64,000 nucleotides of DNA from Balanoglossus misakiensis (taxonomy: Eukaryota; Animalia; Hemichordata): NCBI GenBank assembly GCA_040954595.2, contig CM082597.2, forward strand, positions 124,001 through 188,000, read 5' to 3'. Numbering within the stretch: the stretch's first letter is position 1; each line of letters opens with the position of its first letter. Positions 50,162 through 63,400 of the stretch are shown piece after piece. A program made the position numbers and the translations under genes. The notes below the pieces were generated by a model that saw only the letters and a list, made by a program, of their open reading frames with translations, was not told the DNA's origin and ran no database searches.

Positions 50162-53100
50162 ATGACGGGACGCACGCCCTCAGCGTTCATCGTGGTTGTT
50201 TTGGCAACCTTAGTGAATTCAGGTAAGGGCCTGGTCAGAATTAACAGGGGGGGGGGGGAAGGCCGGTGCGATTGGGGGGAGGGTAACCATTTCTCATGCA
50301 ACGGTTTGGGGGAGGGCCGCTACATTTTGGGCACTTGTCAAGGGGAGGGTCACTAATTTTTGTGCAAGGATGACACCGATAATGTCAAAAATTTGAAGTG
50401 TTACAGAGAAATCCTGAAAAGAGACTTGCGCTCATATAGGCACTCCTGTATGGATGTATTGACATCCCTTGTACTACAAAATACATCACACAACTAACAA
50501 AACATACACATGTACCAGTATGTGATCTTAAATCCCCTAACCCTAACCCTAACCCTAACCCTAACCCTAACCCTAATCCAAACCCTAACCCTAACCCTAA
50601 CCCTAATTTCTTAAGGGAAGGGGAGCACAGTACGATATTTTACCCACAATTCTCCATGATTTGTATCATCGAGGTTGTCCATTTAATAACTTTTTCTGTT
50701 TTAGATACTAACAATGACATGAAGTACATATAACTGTATTTATCTAGGAGAAGTATGTTGAGGAATAAGAGTGAAAATTTCAAAATGAACCCTAACCCTA
50801 ACCCTAACCCTAACCCTTGACATCCCTTGTACTACAAAATACATCACACAACTAACAAAACATACACATGTACCAGTATGTGATCTTAAATCCCCTAACC
50901 CTAACCCTAACCCTAACCCTAACCCTAACCCTAATCCAAACCCTAACCCTAACCCTAATTTCTTAAGGGAAGGGGAGCACAGTACGATATTTTACCCACA
51001 ATTCTCCATGATTTGTATCATCGAGGTTGTCCATTTAATAACTTTTTCTGTTTTAGATACTAACAATGACATGAAGTACATATAACTGTATTTATCTAGG
51101 AGAAGTATGTTGAGGAATAAGAGTGAAAATTTCAAAATGAATATTTAAAAGCCATAGGAATTAAAGTATTCATGTACTGCAAATGTCACACTTTGGAGGA
51201 AACAAGCAAATAACTAACTGAGGTGTATTTATTAGTGGTCTACAATTTTCTGTACACATGTGAACTTTGCCTGGTTTGACTGAGTAATATCTGATTGTAA
51301 AAATCAGAATGAATCATCGGATATTGTGGGGAGGGTCACTTGATTTCGTTCACGGAGAAGGGGGAGGGTCAGCATTTTTTGTGCAAGAAATCGGCATTTT
51401 TTGTGCAAAAGGCCGGTGCGATTGGGGGGAGGGTAACCATTTCTCATGCAACGGTTTGGGGGAGGGCCGCTACATTTTGGGCACTTGTCAAGGGGAGGGT
51501 CACTAATTTTTGTGCAAGGATGACACCGATAATGTCAAAAATTTGAAGTGTTACAGAGAAATCCTGAAAAGAGACTTGCGCTCATATAGGCACTCCTGTA
51601 TGGATGTATTGACATCCCTTGTACTACAAAATACATCACACAACTAACAAAACATACACATGTACCAGTATGTGATCTTAAATCCCCTAACCCTAACCCT
51701 AACCCTAACCCTAACCCTAATCCAAACCCTAACCCTAACCCTAACCCTAATTTCTTAAGGGAAGGGGAGCACAGTACGATATTTTACCCACAATTCTCCA
51801 TGATTTGTATCATCGAGGTTGTCCATTTAATAACTTTTTCTGTTTTAGATACTAACAATGACATGAAGTACATATAACTGTATTTATCTAGGAGAAGTAT
51901 GTTGAGGAATAAGAGTGAAAATTTCAAAATGAATATTTAAAAGCCATAGGAATTAAAGTATTCATGTACTGCAAATGTCACACTTTGGAGGAAACAAGCA
52001 AATAACTAACTGAGGTGTATTTAATAGTGGTCTACAATTTTCTGTACACATGTGAACTTTGCCTGGTTTGACTGAGTAATATCTGATTGTAAAAATCAGA
52101 ATGAATCATCGGATATTGTGGGGAGGGTCACTTGATTTTGTTCACGGAGAAGGGGGAGGGTCAGCATTTTTTGTGCAAGAAATCGGTGGAGGGTCAGTAT
52201 TTTTCATGCATGCGGATTTTGAATCGCACCGGCCTTCCCCCCCCCCTGTTAATTCTGACCAGGCCCTAAATACTGACATTTCTAAATGGTTGTAATGTTA
52301 GCATTGCCAACAATAGACGTCTTAGTTTCAATCACATGGATGATAAATGGTGTTAAAACTACTCAAATAAACGGACAATTATACAGAGCAGAATATCATA
52401 CCAGGGTAGGTCAAGATGAGATTAACAGTTAGACAGTAGGCTTTGAAACTTAGTTGATATTTTTCCTGTTTTTCAGCTGTATCTCAACAAGTATTTACCA
52501 CTGAACCCACCGACGTAACGGTTGTCCAGGGCAACGAAGTTACATTAGAATGTATCGTAAGTAATAAAGAAGGGACCTTAATCTGGACCAAAGATGGAGT
52601 CACCATCGCTAGTGAGCGAACCATCACCAATGGCAACAGTAGACTGTCTGTAGACGGCGACGCCATATCCGGAGCTTACAATTTAAGGTTTTCAAGTACG
52701 ATATCAAGTGATAGTGGTAGTTATGGATGTACAGTCGGAGCTGGTGGTACAAGTGGTCAAATTGGACCTGCACAGGCCGTATTGACAGTTGGACGTAAGT
52801 TATTTTGCCATGAGTTTTAACGAAGTCATATTGAGTAAGTTTTTGATTGACATATGTGCTATGGCCTACCATCAATTTTCTCTTCTTTTCATTTGTTCAG
52901 TCCAGCAGTCTTTTATAACAGAACCAAGTGACGTCACAGCCACAGTGGGCGATACCCTATCATTATCATGTTCTGTCAGCAACAAAGGTGGATCAGTGAA
53001 CTGGTTGCAAGGTTCTACAGTTCTGACGTCAGACTACACAGTGTTAAACAGTCTAGGTTCAAGACTTACAGTCCAAAGCAATGGCAATGCAGGGGTTCAG

Positions 53101-56100
53101 TATGACATCCAAATCATTAACTCTGTTGTAAGCGATAGCGGTCAGTACAAATGCTCCGTCACATCCACACAGTTTGGACATACAGCCATTGAATCTACAG
53201 CACAAGTTACAGTCTCTGGTGAGTCTATAAATTACATGCATACACTTTGTAACAACATACAGGCAGTCACACAGGTTACTGGCATTTGACAGCAATTATG
53301 AATACTGGCAGATTGACAAACAGAAAGACATACAGTCCGACATGCTTTCTTCGACAGTTATATAAAAAATGCTGAATGTTTGATGGAAATTTATGTTCTT
53401 ATTCTCAGAACCCCTTGTGCAGAGATTTGTGGAAGAGCCACAGAATACACAAACATCAGTGGATCAGTCAGCAACTTTGTTTTGTATTGTGGAAAACAAA
53501 GAAGGCACATTGCAATGGTTCAAAGATAACGACGCTATTAGCAGTAACCGTGACATTACAAATGGTGATAGTCGACTCAGTATCATTGGAGACGAATCCG
53601 TCGGAGAACATAATCTTCGAATATTATCAGCAGTTGAATCAGACCAGGGTGACTATTATTGTTCAGTAACTGCGCAAGGCGGAAGTGACGAAATAACATC
53701 AAACGTCGCATTCCTGGACGTCAATTGTAAGTTTTTAGAGTTTCTGTGTTTTAGAGAGTATATCTAGAATCTCTCCATAAAGATACTAAGTGTTTTTGTG
53801 CAATACTGTATTGGATGAGTATCATAACTTTGGTAGAGAACTTTTATGTGCAGAGTAGTTTATTAATAATTAATTGTCTGTTTCTTCTCAGCTGAAGGAC
53901 AACGTCTCGGCGATCTACCCTCAAATGTTGATCCTAAAGTCAGCTCTGACGTCACGCTACCCTGTTCGGTAGTTAATCGCAATGGCAATGTTTTGTGGCT
54001 TCAAAATGGACAAACGATCAGCACAAATCGTGAGGTGGCCAGCAATTTCGCTGACAGGTAAGGCGAGCCTACCTTACATTCAGAAATTAACTTTTCAAGT
54101 AAAGGAATAATCTTTGGAGAGAACTCTGACGTGTTTTTTTTACTTTTTTTTATCCAGGTTTTCCATAATTGGTAATGAGACACTTGACGAGTTCTATCTG
54201 CATATTGATAATGTTGAAATGGATGATACTGGTACCTACACATGCGCAGTAACAGGCACACCAGCAACATCTTACACTGTTATAATAACAGTTCAAGGTG
54301 AGTTTTGAGTTTTTTATAGTTGCTATTAATTGTCATTGTCAAATAGAGGATAAAAACGCTTATGCTGGTTCCTAAGCAAGATCTAAAGACTGAAAAGCAG
54401 TACAGCAATTGATAGGAATTTATCACTTTCTTCCACAAAACAGTTTCACCGTCGTTGAATTGTAAACATGTCGTCTTAAATTTTATTACAGAGGCCACAT
54501 CACCCGATAGTTCAAGTCCCCAATGTTTCGGCCCGACCAATGAAATCAATGAAGGTGATGACATCATGCTAATCTGTTCAAGTCAAGGAGGAGATCCGTC
54601 AGCTGAATTAACATGGAGTAAAAATGGCCAAGAAGTGCAAAGTGAACCAGTTGAGACACAAATTGGAGTTAAAATTGGTGTGTCATTGACTCTCAGCTAC
54701 ACAGACCAGGGTGACGTGTACACATGTACGTCACACCATGTGACATACAGTGAAGCAAAGACTTGCCAAATACCAGCATTGCAAATTAATTGTAAGTATC
54801 ACGTGACTCAAAATATTATGGTGAAGTTACAGACCTTATCGTGTGTTAAAGAGTTACCAAATGTCAATTTCCATATTATATAAAAAACTACGTTGGATGT
54901 ACAAAAGGCATGTTCCATCAGTCTCCTGCACCATTCACAAGTTATTCTAGTTCAACACTACATTCTACGTGATCTTTTATCCCCTTATAGTGATTCCTCG
55001 CATTTCCGTGGACGTAGAACCAAACATCCTGGAAATCACTGAGGGTTCTATGGGAACCTTACGATGCAACGCCACAGGAGACCCAGCTGTCAGTGGTTAT
55101 CGATGGTCGTACAATTCTCAGCCCATCAACAGCACAGACAGACGTTTTGAACACGATGAAGGCAAAACCGTATTGCGTGTAATAAGTGCCGAGAAGAGTA
55201 TGGACGATGCAAAAATATGGTGCACAGCATCTAATGGAATCGACAGTCAGATTGCAACGGCAAGCATTAAAATTGTAGGTAAGGGATATAACGATCTTTA
55301 GCTCCATTCCGGGATGATATTTGACGGCTGCCTATGTATGGTAAAGCATATTCCTGCTCCCCCTCTATTAACTCTGTCTTGGTGAAAGATTGTGAAGTAA
55401 CATTTCTTTCGAACTAAACTTACTTTACTTTATTTCTCATGTTCTCATATTCAGATAAAACTGTTGCGGAAGACGACACCCTAAGTTTTAAATTTTTAGC
55501 AGCTGTTGTGGCTTTGATCGCTGGGATTATTGTTGCAGCCATAGTGATTGCTGTCATTATTTATTGTGTTTACAAGAAGAGAAGAGACAGGGATGAAGAA
55601 GGTTAGTATCAAAACAGATGATAACTGTCAATTATCTCAGAATTATGTTATGTAAACACATTCAAGTTGGCTTATTCATACAGCTTCCTCAACCACCCAA
55701 GTCCATAAATCAACTTGCTCTTTCTGTTCACCAGAAGACGAAGCTCCTGTTGTTCAGGCACAAGAGAAATCTGCGATGAGTTCAGATGTTGGATCTGGTA
55801 GGAAGGGATTATCGGTACCGCCAAACGGAAACATCAATACAGTATTTGGTGCTAATTATTTCATCACCAATGGATCGAAGAAGAAATCACTACCACCAGT
55901 ACGTAATGGCTATCCTAATTCTCGCCAAGAACAAGTCAATTATGATGTCGTCTATGAAAAGTCTGGCAAGAAACGGCGTGGAAGGTCCCGAATCATTAAG
56001 CACAACGTAGTTGACCCGGTCAGTGACAAACGAGTATCACCACCGCCACCCTATGATGATTATGATGATTATCACAAAAACAGAGACTCTCGTCACAGAT

Positions 56101-56567
56101 CAGGAGAACGAGGACATGACTCAGATAGACGTTCTCGTTCGAGATCATCACGTCGGAGGGACAAGTCTCGCGACAAACGAGACTCAAGGAAATCAAAACA
56201 TGGCGACAACACAGAACTCGACAGATTTGATGGCGACGACCAACGGCGGTCTCGAAGACGTGAAGATGAAGGACGAGACGATAAACGTCATCGAGATGAT
56301 AGACGACATCGGAGTAGTTCAGAAACGAGACCTCGTTCACGACGTGACCGAGATGATGACAGACACCGTGCAAAATCTAGTGATACACGTCGATCAAAAC
56401 ATAGAGACAGATCTTATGATGATGATGATGATGATGATGACAGACGAAGATCACATGACAGAGATAGAGGGAGATCTTATGACGACAGACCTAGATCACG
56501 TGACAGAGAAAACTCTTATGATCGAGACGATAGACGCAAGAAAGAAAGGGTAAGTAGTTACAGGTAA
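50162..56567 (+). CDS. Ig-superfamily receptor paralog B: signal peptide, 6 Ig (3 V, split V, C2, I), TM, long RD/RS mixed-charge tail
   Basis: Exons 50162-50222, ~52477-52794, 52901-53218, 53409-53726, 53892-54057, 54158-54297, 54492-54791, 54990-55278, 55455-55601, 55735-56567. TM 'FLAAVVALIAGIIVAAIVIAVIIYCVYKKRR'; tail 'DRRSRSRSSRRRDKSRDKRDSR...RSHDRDRGRSYDDRPRSRDRE'. Confidence 0.87.
50227..52266. mobile_element. Non-autonomous DNA transposon, PIF/Harbinger-like (TAA target duplication, GGGC termini), internally duplicated and carrying (CCCTAA)n tracts
   Basis: About 45-bp TIRs GGGCCTGGTCAGAATTAACAGGGG..GAAGGCCGGTGCGATT / AATCGCACCGGCCTTCCCC..CTGTTAATTCTGACCAGGCCC; TAA at 50224-50226 and 52267-52269; the internal unit restarts at ~51409 and a ~358-bp sub-unit recurs at ~50459, 50817 and 51609. 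No transposase ORF. Confidence 0.85.
50534..51750. repeat. Four interstitial telomere-type (CCCTAA)n tracts
   Basis: Tracts at ~50534-50606, 50789-50816, 50893-50958 and 51684-51750; three carry the same CCCTAATCCAAACCCTAA variant. Confidence 0.92.
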
Positions 56568-56979
56568 TACCTAATCTAGGCGTAACAGTACCATGGTTGC
56601 TTTAAGTTTGCGAAATCTGTATCATGTGTGATACTCATGAGGAATCTCAACATACCTTAATAAAATTATTTTTTATAATTACTAAATTTCAAAGCCTCTT
56701 TCCTCCTGATCCTGATTAACGATGTCACGTGATTACACTTACTCCACGTCTGTGCATGAACTTTACCATGTAACACGGTTTTACATTTCACTTTCCATTG
56801 AAACCTACTTTCTGTATACCCACTTTTCTGATAATGACAACAACTGACAATGTGGTGGCTGGTATTTTTCATGCATGTTTTCTCCTCTTTTCCAGAGGTC
56901 ACGAAAAGATCGGCATTAAATTCTTTCTCATCTAATGGTACACCACCATAATACCCTGACTTGCCAACATCTCTCCTGT

Positions 56980-57092
56980 TATTGGACAGTTCATCACCAA
57001 TTCAGTTCTCTCATTGGATGATACATCACCAGTTCTGTCCTTTCATTGGATGATGCACCACCAGTTCTGTCAGTGGGCAGTTCGTCACTAGA
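56980..57092. repeat. Degenerate ~30-bp minisatellite downstream of paralog B
   Basis: Recurring CATTGGATGAT..CACCAGTTCTGTC units. Confidence 0.55.
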
Positions 57093-60000
57093 TCTGATCA
57101 TTTACTTGACTAACTATATGGTGAAGGCTAGATATGTCCACATTCCACAAGACATCCTAAGCTACTGTTTATTTTCCTTAGCTGCGTGATATAGGTCTAG
57201 TTCAACAGTATCGACGCGCCGTGGAAGGCATTTCAGACGAGTAAAGGATAAGGAGAAGATTTCGATTTAAAGTCAACAGTTTAACAGACATTTACTGTCG
57301 GAACCCACGTATACCAAAGTTAGTTGCTAATTTTATTTTCAGTGACTATTGGTGGATTATTCTTGACAAAATCGAAACACAGAAAATAAACGGTATTTTT
57401 ATTTTTCAATGTCTACGCATGCACAGTGCATTATAATCAATACCATTTCCGTCCGTGGTTACAACTTGCAAACATGTTAACGCGTAAATAACGCCACTTT
57501 GATTTTTTGTCTACATGCTATGGCGATTATATAACCATACTCTGTATATACATTCATTAAAACGTTTAAAAATAATGAAAATATCAAAACCACCGATGAT
57601 CTTTGAAAAATATTTTTTCTTAGCACACCATGTATTTTCGTACATTTCGATTTGTGATAAATAATTTTGTTAAAATAGAATGAAGATTTTTATGTAAATA
57701 AGAAAATGACTTCTAAACACTAGCAATGTCTGATAATTACGTGCCTTTTTAAAACAACTACTTTTAATGTGTTTGAACAAAATTGACATTGTTGATGATT
57801 AAGAATACAATTAGATAAATAAGTACTATGGCATTATGCACAGAAATTAGCAATGGAAATAGAAATTGAAATATATTTTGTGAACAAGCAGAAGTGAAGA
57901 AGAGTTTGATGATTTTGTCTTCCATATTTTACGAAATGTTTTGTGATCGGTAACTCTTTTTCAGTAAACAAACTGTTTTTGTTTGCTAAAGTTGACATAT
58001 CGCAACTAAAGTAAAGTAAAATAACATGGTTTAGAAGGAAATGATTGTTAGTAGTATTTATTACATCCTCGCAAATGTAATATCGATAGCAGTAAGTTTA
58101 ACTCAAGTTCAGATCTGCAGATTTGTCATGTAGATCAGTTATTTTTTATAATAAAATTTGGTTTGTATTTTAATGACGCTGTTCCTACTTGTACAGTTAA
58201 TATGGCATCACATATTTTGAGAAACACAATCGCACTCACACTAGTGTCACGTGAGTGACTATTCGACATGTTTTTATTTACGGACAGCGGTACGATTTTT
58301 TCATCTTCAAATCAATGTGCCAAGAAACGCTACAAATGATTCTATCTAATTCAACGTAAAAGGTTTTCAATTGTATTATGTGTTTGGGTAATTTAATTTT
58401 TTGTAAATATACACACTGTAAATAGCACCTTTTTGTACTTGTAATTTAGATGATGAAAATGTTTCACTCATTTGAAAATGATCAAATAAATTACCATATT
58501 CGACATCACGTTGTATTCATTTTCATTTTCCAAGAGTTTCGTGTTGATAATTAGCGGAGAGGTGCATTTGCGTGCCATACAGCCATTTGAGTAATTAATT
58601 TCACCGCCTCACTGCATCCGCAAATCAAATGAATAATTCTAAATTGGATTTTGGTAAATGACGAATTTACAAAATTAATGATTTTATTGGTCTGATTTCA
58701 CAAGTATTGGGTAAATTACTCGGAATAAACATTTGCGAAGAAAATACTTGATCGTATTTTGTAGTTAATCTCATCATTATCTTAAAAACAAACTGGGATT
58801 ATTGTGTTTTACAAAGATACTCCAGAAGTGTCCAAAAAACGAAAGAACAATTCAAAACTCTCCGTTATATTCACAAGAGTGAAAGTGATGGCGTACACAC
58901 CTTAATGACGTCACACACTTAAGTCTTTTATGTACATGAAAGTAAAAGGGTATCCGGGCACATGCGCAGAATAGGCAGGTCATCCTAGCAACTGAGCCAA
59001 ACACACAAGTATATAGGTTGCCACTGTGGAAGACGCCTAGAATCGCGGGTTGGTAACTGTCACAATGATGTAGTGAGGATGATGTTGTTATTCAATAAAT
59101 GATGTGAATGTCAACAACTCAACAGCGACGACTGCATTAAACATTTATAAAATTTAAATGAAGAGTTGTTACAAGAACCGTCCAGGTGAGTGATTATTTT
59201 TGTCGTTTATATCGGATATGAGATACGATTACTTCCCCTTGCTGTCTATAGCCTGGACACATCTGTAATTGAATCGCAGACTTGTCCGATCAGCTACTGT
59301 ATTCAGCCTTTTCAGTTTAATTTTGGTATTGATTTAGTAACGTCGGTCGATAGTTTGACAGTGCGTTCAAACCATGGTGTCTAGAATAAGGCGTACAAGG
59401 GTAGGTACACGAACATTAAGGAGGGTATATTATGGAAGTTATGTTGCTTTATACAGCCTACAGCCTACAGGTTACTGTCTTAACACAACAAATATTGTGA
59501 TTTCACGATGCTACAAGAAACTGTATGTTGGTCATTTCGTGTGGAAAATACCTGATCGACAATTGCATGCATGGTGTGATCTATTGTGTCACAACTACAG
59601 ACACATTGCTGAGATTGGTTTTAAATCGATGGGATGTCTTGTCAGACAAAAAGGATTATCTTTGTTGTGTTCATGAGACTAAAACTAACTCCATATGGTA
59701 TATTGACCACCTGATGATGAAGTGTGAACAAAATATTGGAGTAGTCATGAACATGTTCCGGTCGACTACACTCGGTACAACGACACTGCGGCTGCTTGAG
59801 GCAGAAGTCAGGACGCCATTTTCTTTGACAGCGCCATTGTACTGTCATGCTGACGACAATGCAAATCTTGGTGTTTCGTTTGTCGTTTAAAAAGCTCAGT
59901 GACACGTTGTCGTCGCGGTGGAAACTTGAAATGGTCATAGCATCACGCGTGGACGTACCATAAGTACGTCCATACTAAGCAACACACAAATTACAATCTC

Positions 60001-60447
60001 ATTGTTCCTTGGTTTGCATAAGGTGTGTATAACTGGATTTGTAACAAACAAAACCTCGCTCTTTAACTTTTTACGTCCATGGTTATCTGTGCCATGGTTG
60101 ACCATGGAATTATAAGAGAGAGTTGACCTCGGTTCAAGAACTCAAACAACAGCTGCAATTGACCATTGAAAATTATTGCGTAACTATAGTACACAGGGTA
60201 TGGTAGAAATCAATGTTTCTTGGCACCAGTTGCATGCCAGGACAACAGTTTCCAACAACTTGGATGATCATGACAATTGCTAAAAAGAGATAAGCAATCA
60301 TTGGTGCAAAATCAAGGGGTACACATACTTCGTGTTTGCACTTATGAATGCCGTCTCTGCCAGTCTAAAGTGATTTCGTTTTTTGTCAACAGAACTTGAA
60401 TACCAAGCAGTGTCCCAGTGGTGACCTGTATTCAAAAGGCGATCAGA

Positions 60448-63400
60448 ATGGCACAGAAACCACTGTCCATCCTATTGGTTGTAACCACGGTGATTACAAC
60501 AGGTAAACACAAATATTCCCATCAAGGTGTGGACACTGACTCAATTAAACCTCCACAATCAAGGTTTAATGTCATATTATGTGTATTCATAACTTGCGCG
60601 TGTGGGTTTGGAACAGTTTATTTCGTGGCAATGGCACGAAAAAGGGATTCATTTCATGTTTTCGCGTTGTTATGCATTCCTTATGTTAGTTACAATAGAA
60701 CTTTGCTGTCAACAATAACGGGTATTGTGTCCGAGGATAACGGTCCGTTACAATGGCAGAGAAATATTTGCATGTATAATAGAACGATTATAATGCCCCT
60801 TTAGAATCCGATGTCAATGATGTCAATTTGGTATTTTCTTTTCAAGTATCGTGTGCATTAGTGGTGGATCCAACGAGCGCAGTAAAAGAAGGATTTGACA
60901 TTTTATTGACATGCACAGTTGTTGACAACTCCACTGTTTTGCGATGGATTCATGACACTGAACATATCTCGGAGAATAGAGAAATTACGACTGGTACAGA
61001 AACAGATAACGCAAGGTATGATGGGAGAGTAGTCGATTGCATGCTGGGATATTTCTAACAAGCATCATCAGACTTACAATTGTAGCTGAATATATAACAA
61101 TATAAACCCTGAATTTGAAATAATACAAACTGTATTCCCATGAGTCACAATTGTCAACCAAATTCCTTCTGATCTTTCAGGTATTCCATTACTGGAGATG
61201 AGAATCTGGGCGAATACAACTTACAAATTTTGGATGTCAGGAAGGCTCATGCAGGCACTTATACTTGTAGTTCCGGCAGTGAAGTTGTTGAAAGGAGAAC
61301 TTTGGTAGTCGAAGGTATGGGAACGTCAATAATCACTGATAATTGATACAAGTTTCACAATTGTCCATTTACAGGACAAGATACTGATAACTTGGGAGAG
61401 GGTACCCACAATCTTGTGACAATGAAGGTGAGGATAGGGGGACCTAGAACTTTGGGAATCTCTGACCCAAGTCATTTCATGACATAGATAACCCTAAACG
61501 TATTAAGTATCTGCGCCCTGTGAGAGCTACATGTAAGGAATTCTGTTGCATTTTCTTCTCACAGATGCAGTGGCCCCAACTTCAGATCCAACGTGTTCAA
61601 TGGACACGTCAGTCTTGCAAGAGGGTGCTACTGTTAATCTCATATGCCAAACAATTGGCGGGAGTCCGAAAGTTGACCTGTTGTGGAGTTCAGGAGGGAT
61701 TGATTATGTTTCCACGACAACAGAAACGGATGACGAAATTAGTATTACACTAACTCTTGAACTGAAACCTGAATATCAAGGCGATGTATTCACGTGTACT
61801 GGTCTGCATCCAACTTACAGCGGAGCAAAGCGATGTTCACTACCTCCCCTGAATATTCAATGTAAGTGGGCAACTAGCGCTGGAAACAGTTGTCATGCCA
61901 ACAGCTATTAAAACAATTTCTCCTTATCTTATTGTTAAAATGCTTTGGTGGAAATAATGTCGATACATTACATAGTGTTGTATCACCATCAGAAGATACA
62001 CATCTCTTACTCAAATACGTACACGAACAACTTATATTGATGCATGTTTTCTATTCAAAGCGTCATTCTTGCAATGCAATTAAGAATAATCCACCCCCTA
62101 TGTCTTCTTCAGTGTTACCTCGCATCGTGGTGACAGTCATACCACCCAACTTGCAGATATTCGAAGACAAAGGTGGGACATTTGAATGTTCAGCTACTGG
62201 AGACCCACCAGTGACGTCATACTACTGGCAGTACCAAAACCAACGTGTCAACAATACAGACAGACGGTTCCGTATTGATCAGAATGACCATTCACTTACA
62301 ATAGTTAGCGGGGAGAAGAATATGGATGGCGCTGAACTGAAATGTGTTGCTCAAAATAAAATAGACAGTCGATATGCCTTAGGAACAATAACTATTGTCG
62401 GTAGGTACTTAGTAGATTGATTCCTAGTCGCTGAAATTCCTTGTGATTGGCCAGTGGCAAATATTGTCCATTCTGGAGATGTCGTTTTACCCGTGCGACT
62501 CGATTTACATTATCAATCAAAATTTTCATGGAATCATTATTACATGAAACGAAACAATATATAAACAATAAATTCTAAGAAAACTTTTAAGTTTTATTTG
62601 TGCATCTTAGTCATGATCTGTTTCATTTTTTTCATTGTAGCTGCTCCGGTGGATGAAGGGTTTAGTCTTACGTTCATCGCAGCCATTGGAGTTCTGGTTT
62701 TGTTGATTGTGATTATTGTGTGCTGTGTCATACCCATCACAGCCTATTGTTGTTACAGGAGACATCTCAAGGAAAAACAAAGTGAGTAACTTTCACCTTT
62801 TAGAATTGAAGACATTCCAGAGATGCAGTTTATGATACTTTCATGGCCGTGTTATTGGTTTAGTATAAATAGCATCAGAAAACATCAGTATCTCTAAATT
62901 ACCTGCCTTTGAACCTGAAAATAGCTGTAGTATAATTTAGAGCTGAATGTTTATGACGTGTTTTTATATTACAGGGAAGAAAGTATTGAGACAAACGCAG
63001 GTAACGGTGATTAATGACAAGGAGGGCGCTGGTAATCCTTCGATTGGCGTGAACTACTATGTTCAAAACGAAGATGTCCACTACAAGTCACACGGAAAAC
63101 GATCAAGATCACGATCTCGTCGTCGAAGACACAAGTCACGTGTGATTAAACACAATGTCGTGAGTCCAAATGGTGATATTGGACATAAAGGTGGCCATGG
63201 TAACGATATTAGCCATAAAGAGAGGCGTACAAGTGATGGTTACGAGCAACCAGTCAGTATCAAGAAAAGGAAAGATTCCCCTCCTGGTGAAAAACGGTCT
63301 CGTTCTGAATCACCCACGAGAAATGGCGCTGAAAAGGAAAACGGACCGACGAGATCCCAAAGCGAGAACAGAAGACCAAGACGACCGGATCGTGTATCGC

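Noticed and set aside
50534-51750. Chromosome end or telomere fusion site
   Set aside because: The tracts are short, all in one orientation, and lie within a TIR element in an intron.
50096-52295. Repeated small ORFs (GEGNHFSCNGLGEGRY..., MNHRILWGG...) as a peptide gene family
   Set aside because: They come from the duplicated interior of the non-autonomous transposon; no transposase similarity is visible.
59374-59938. Cluster of 98-121 aa ORFs upstream of Ig paralog C
   Set aside because: No motifs or splice-consistent structure; they lie in the probable first intron.
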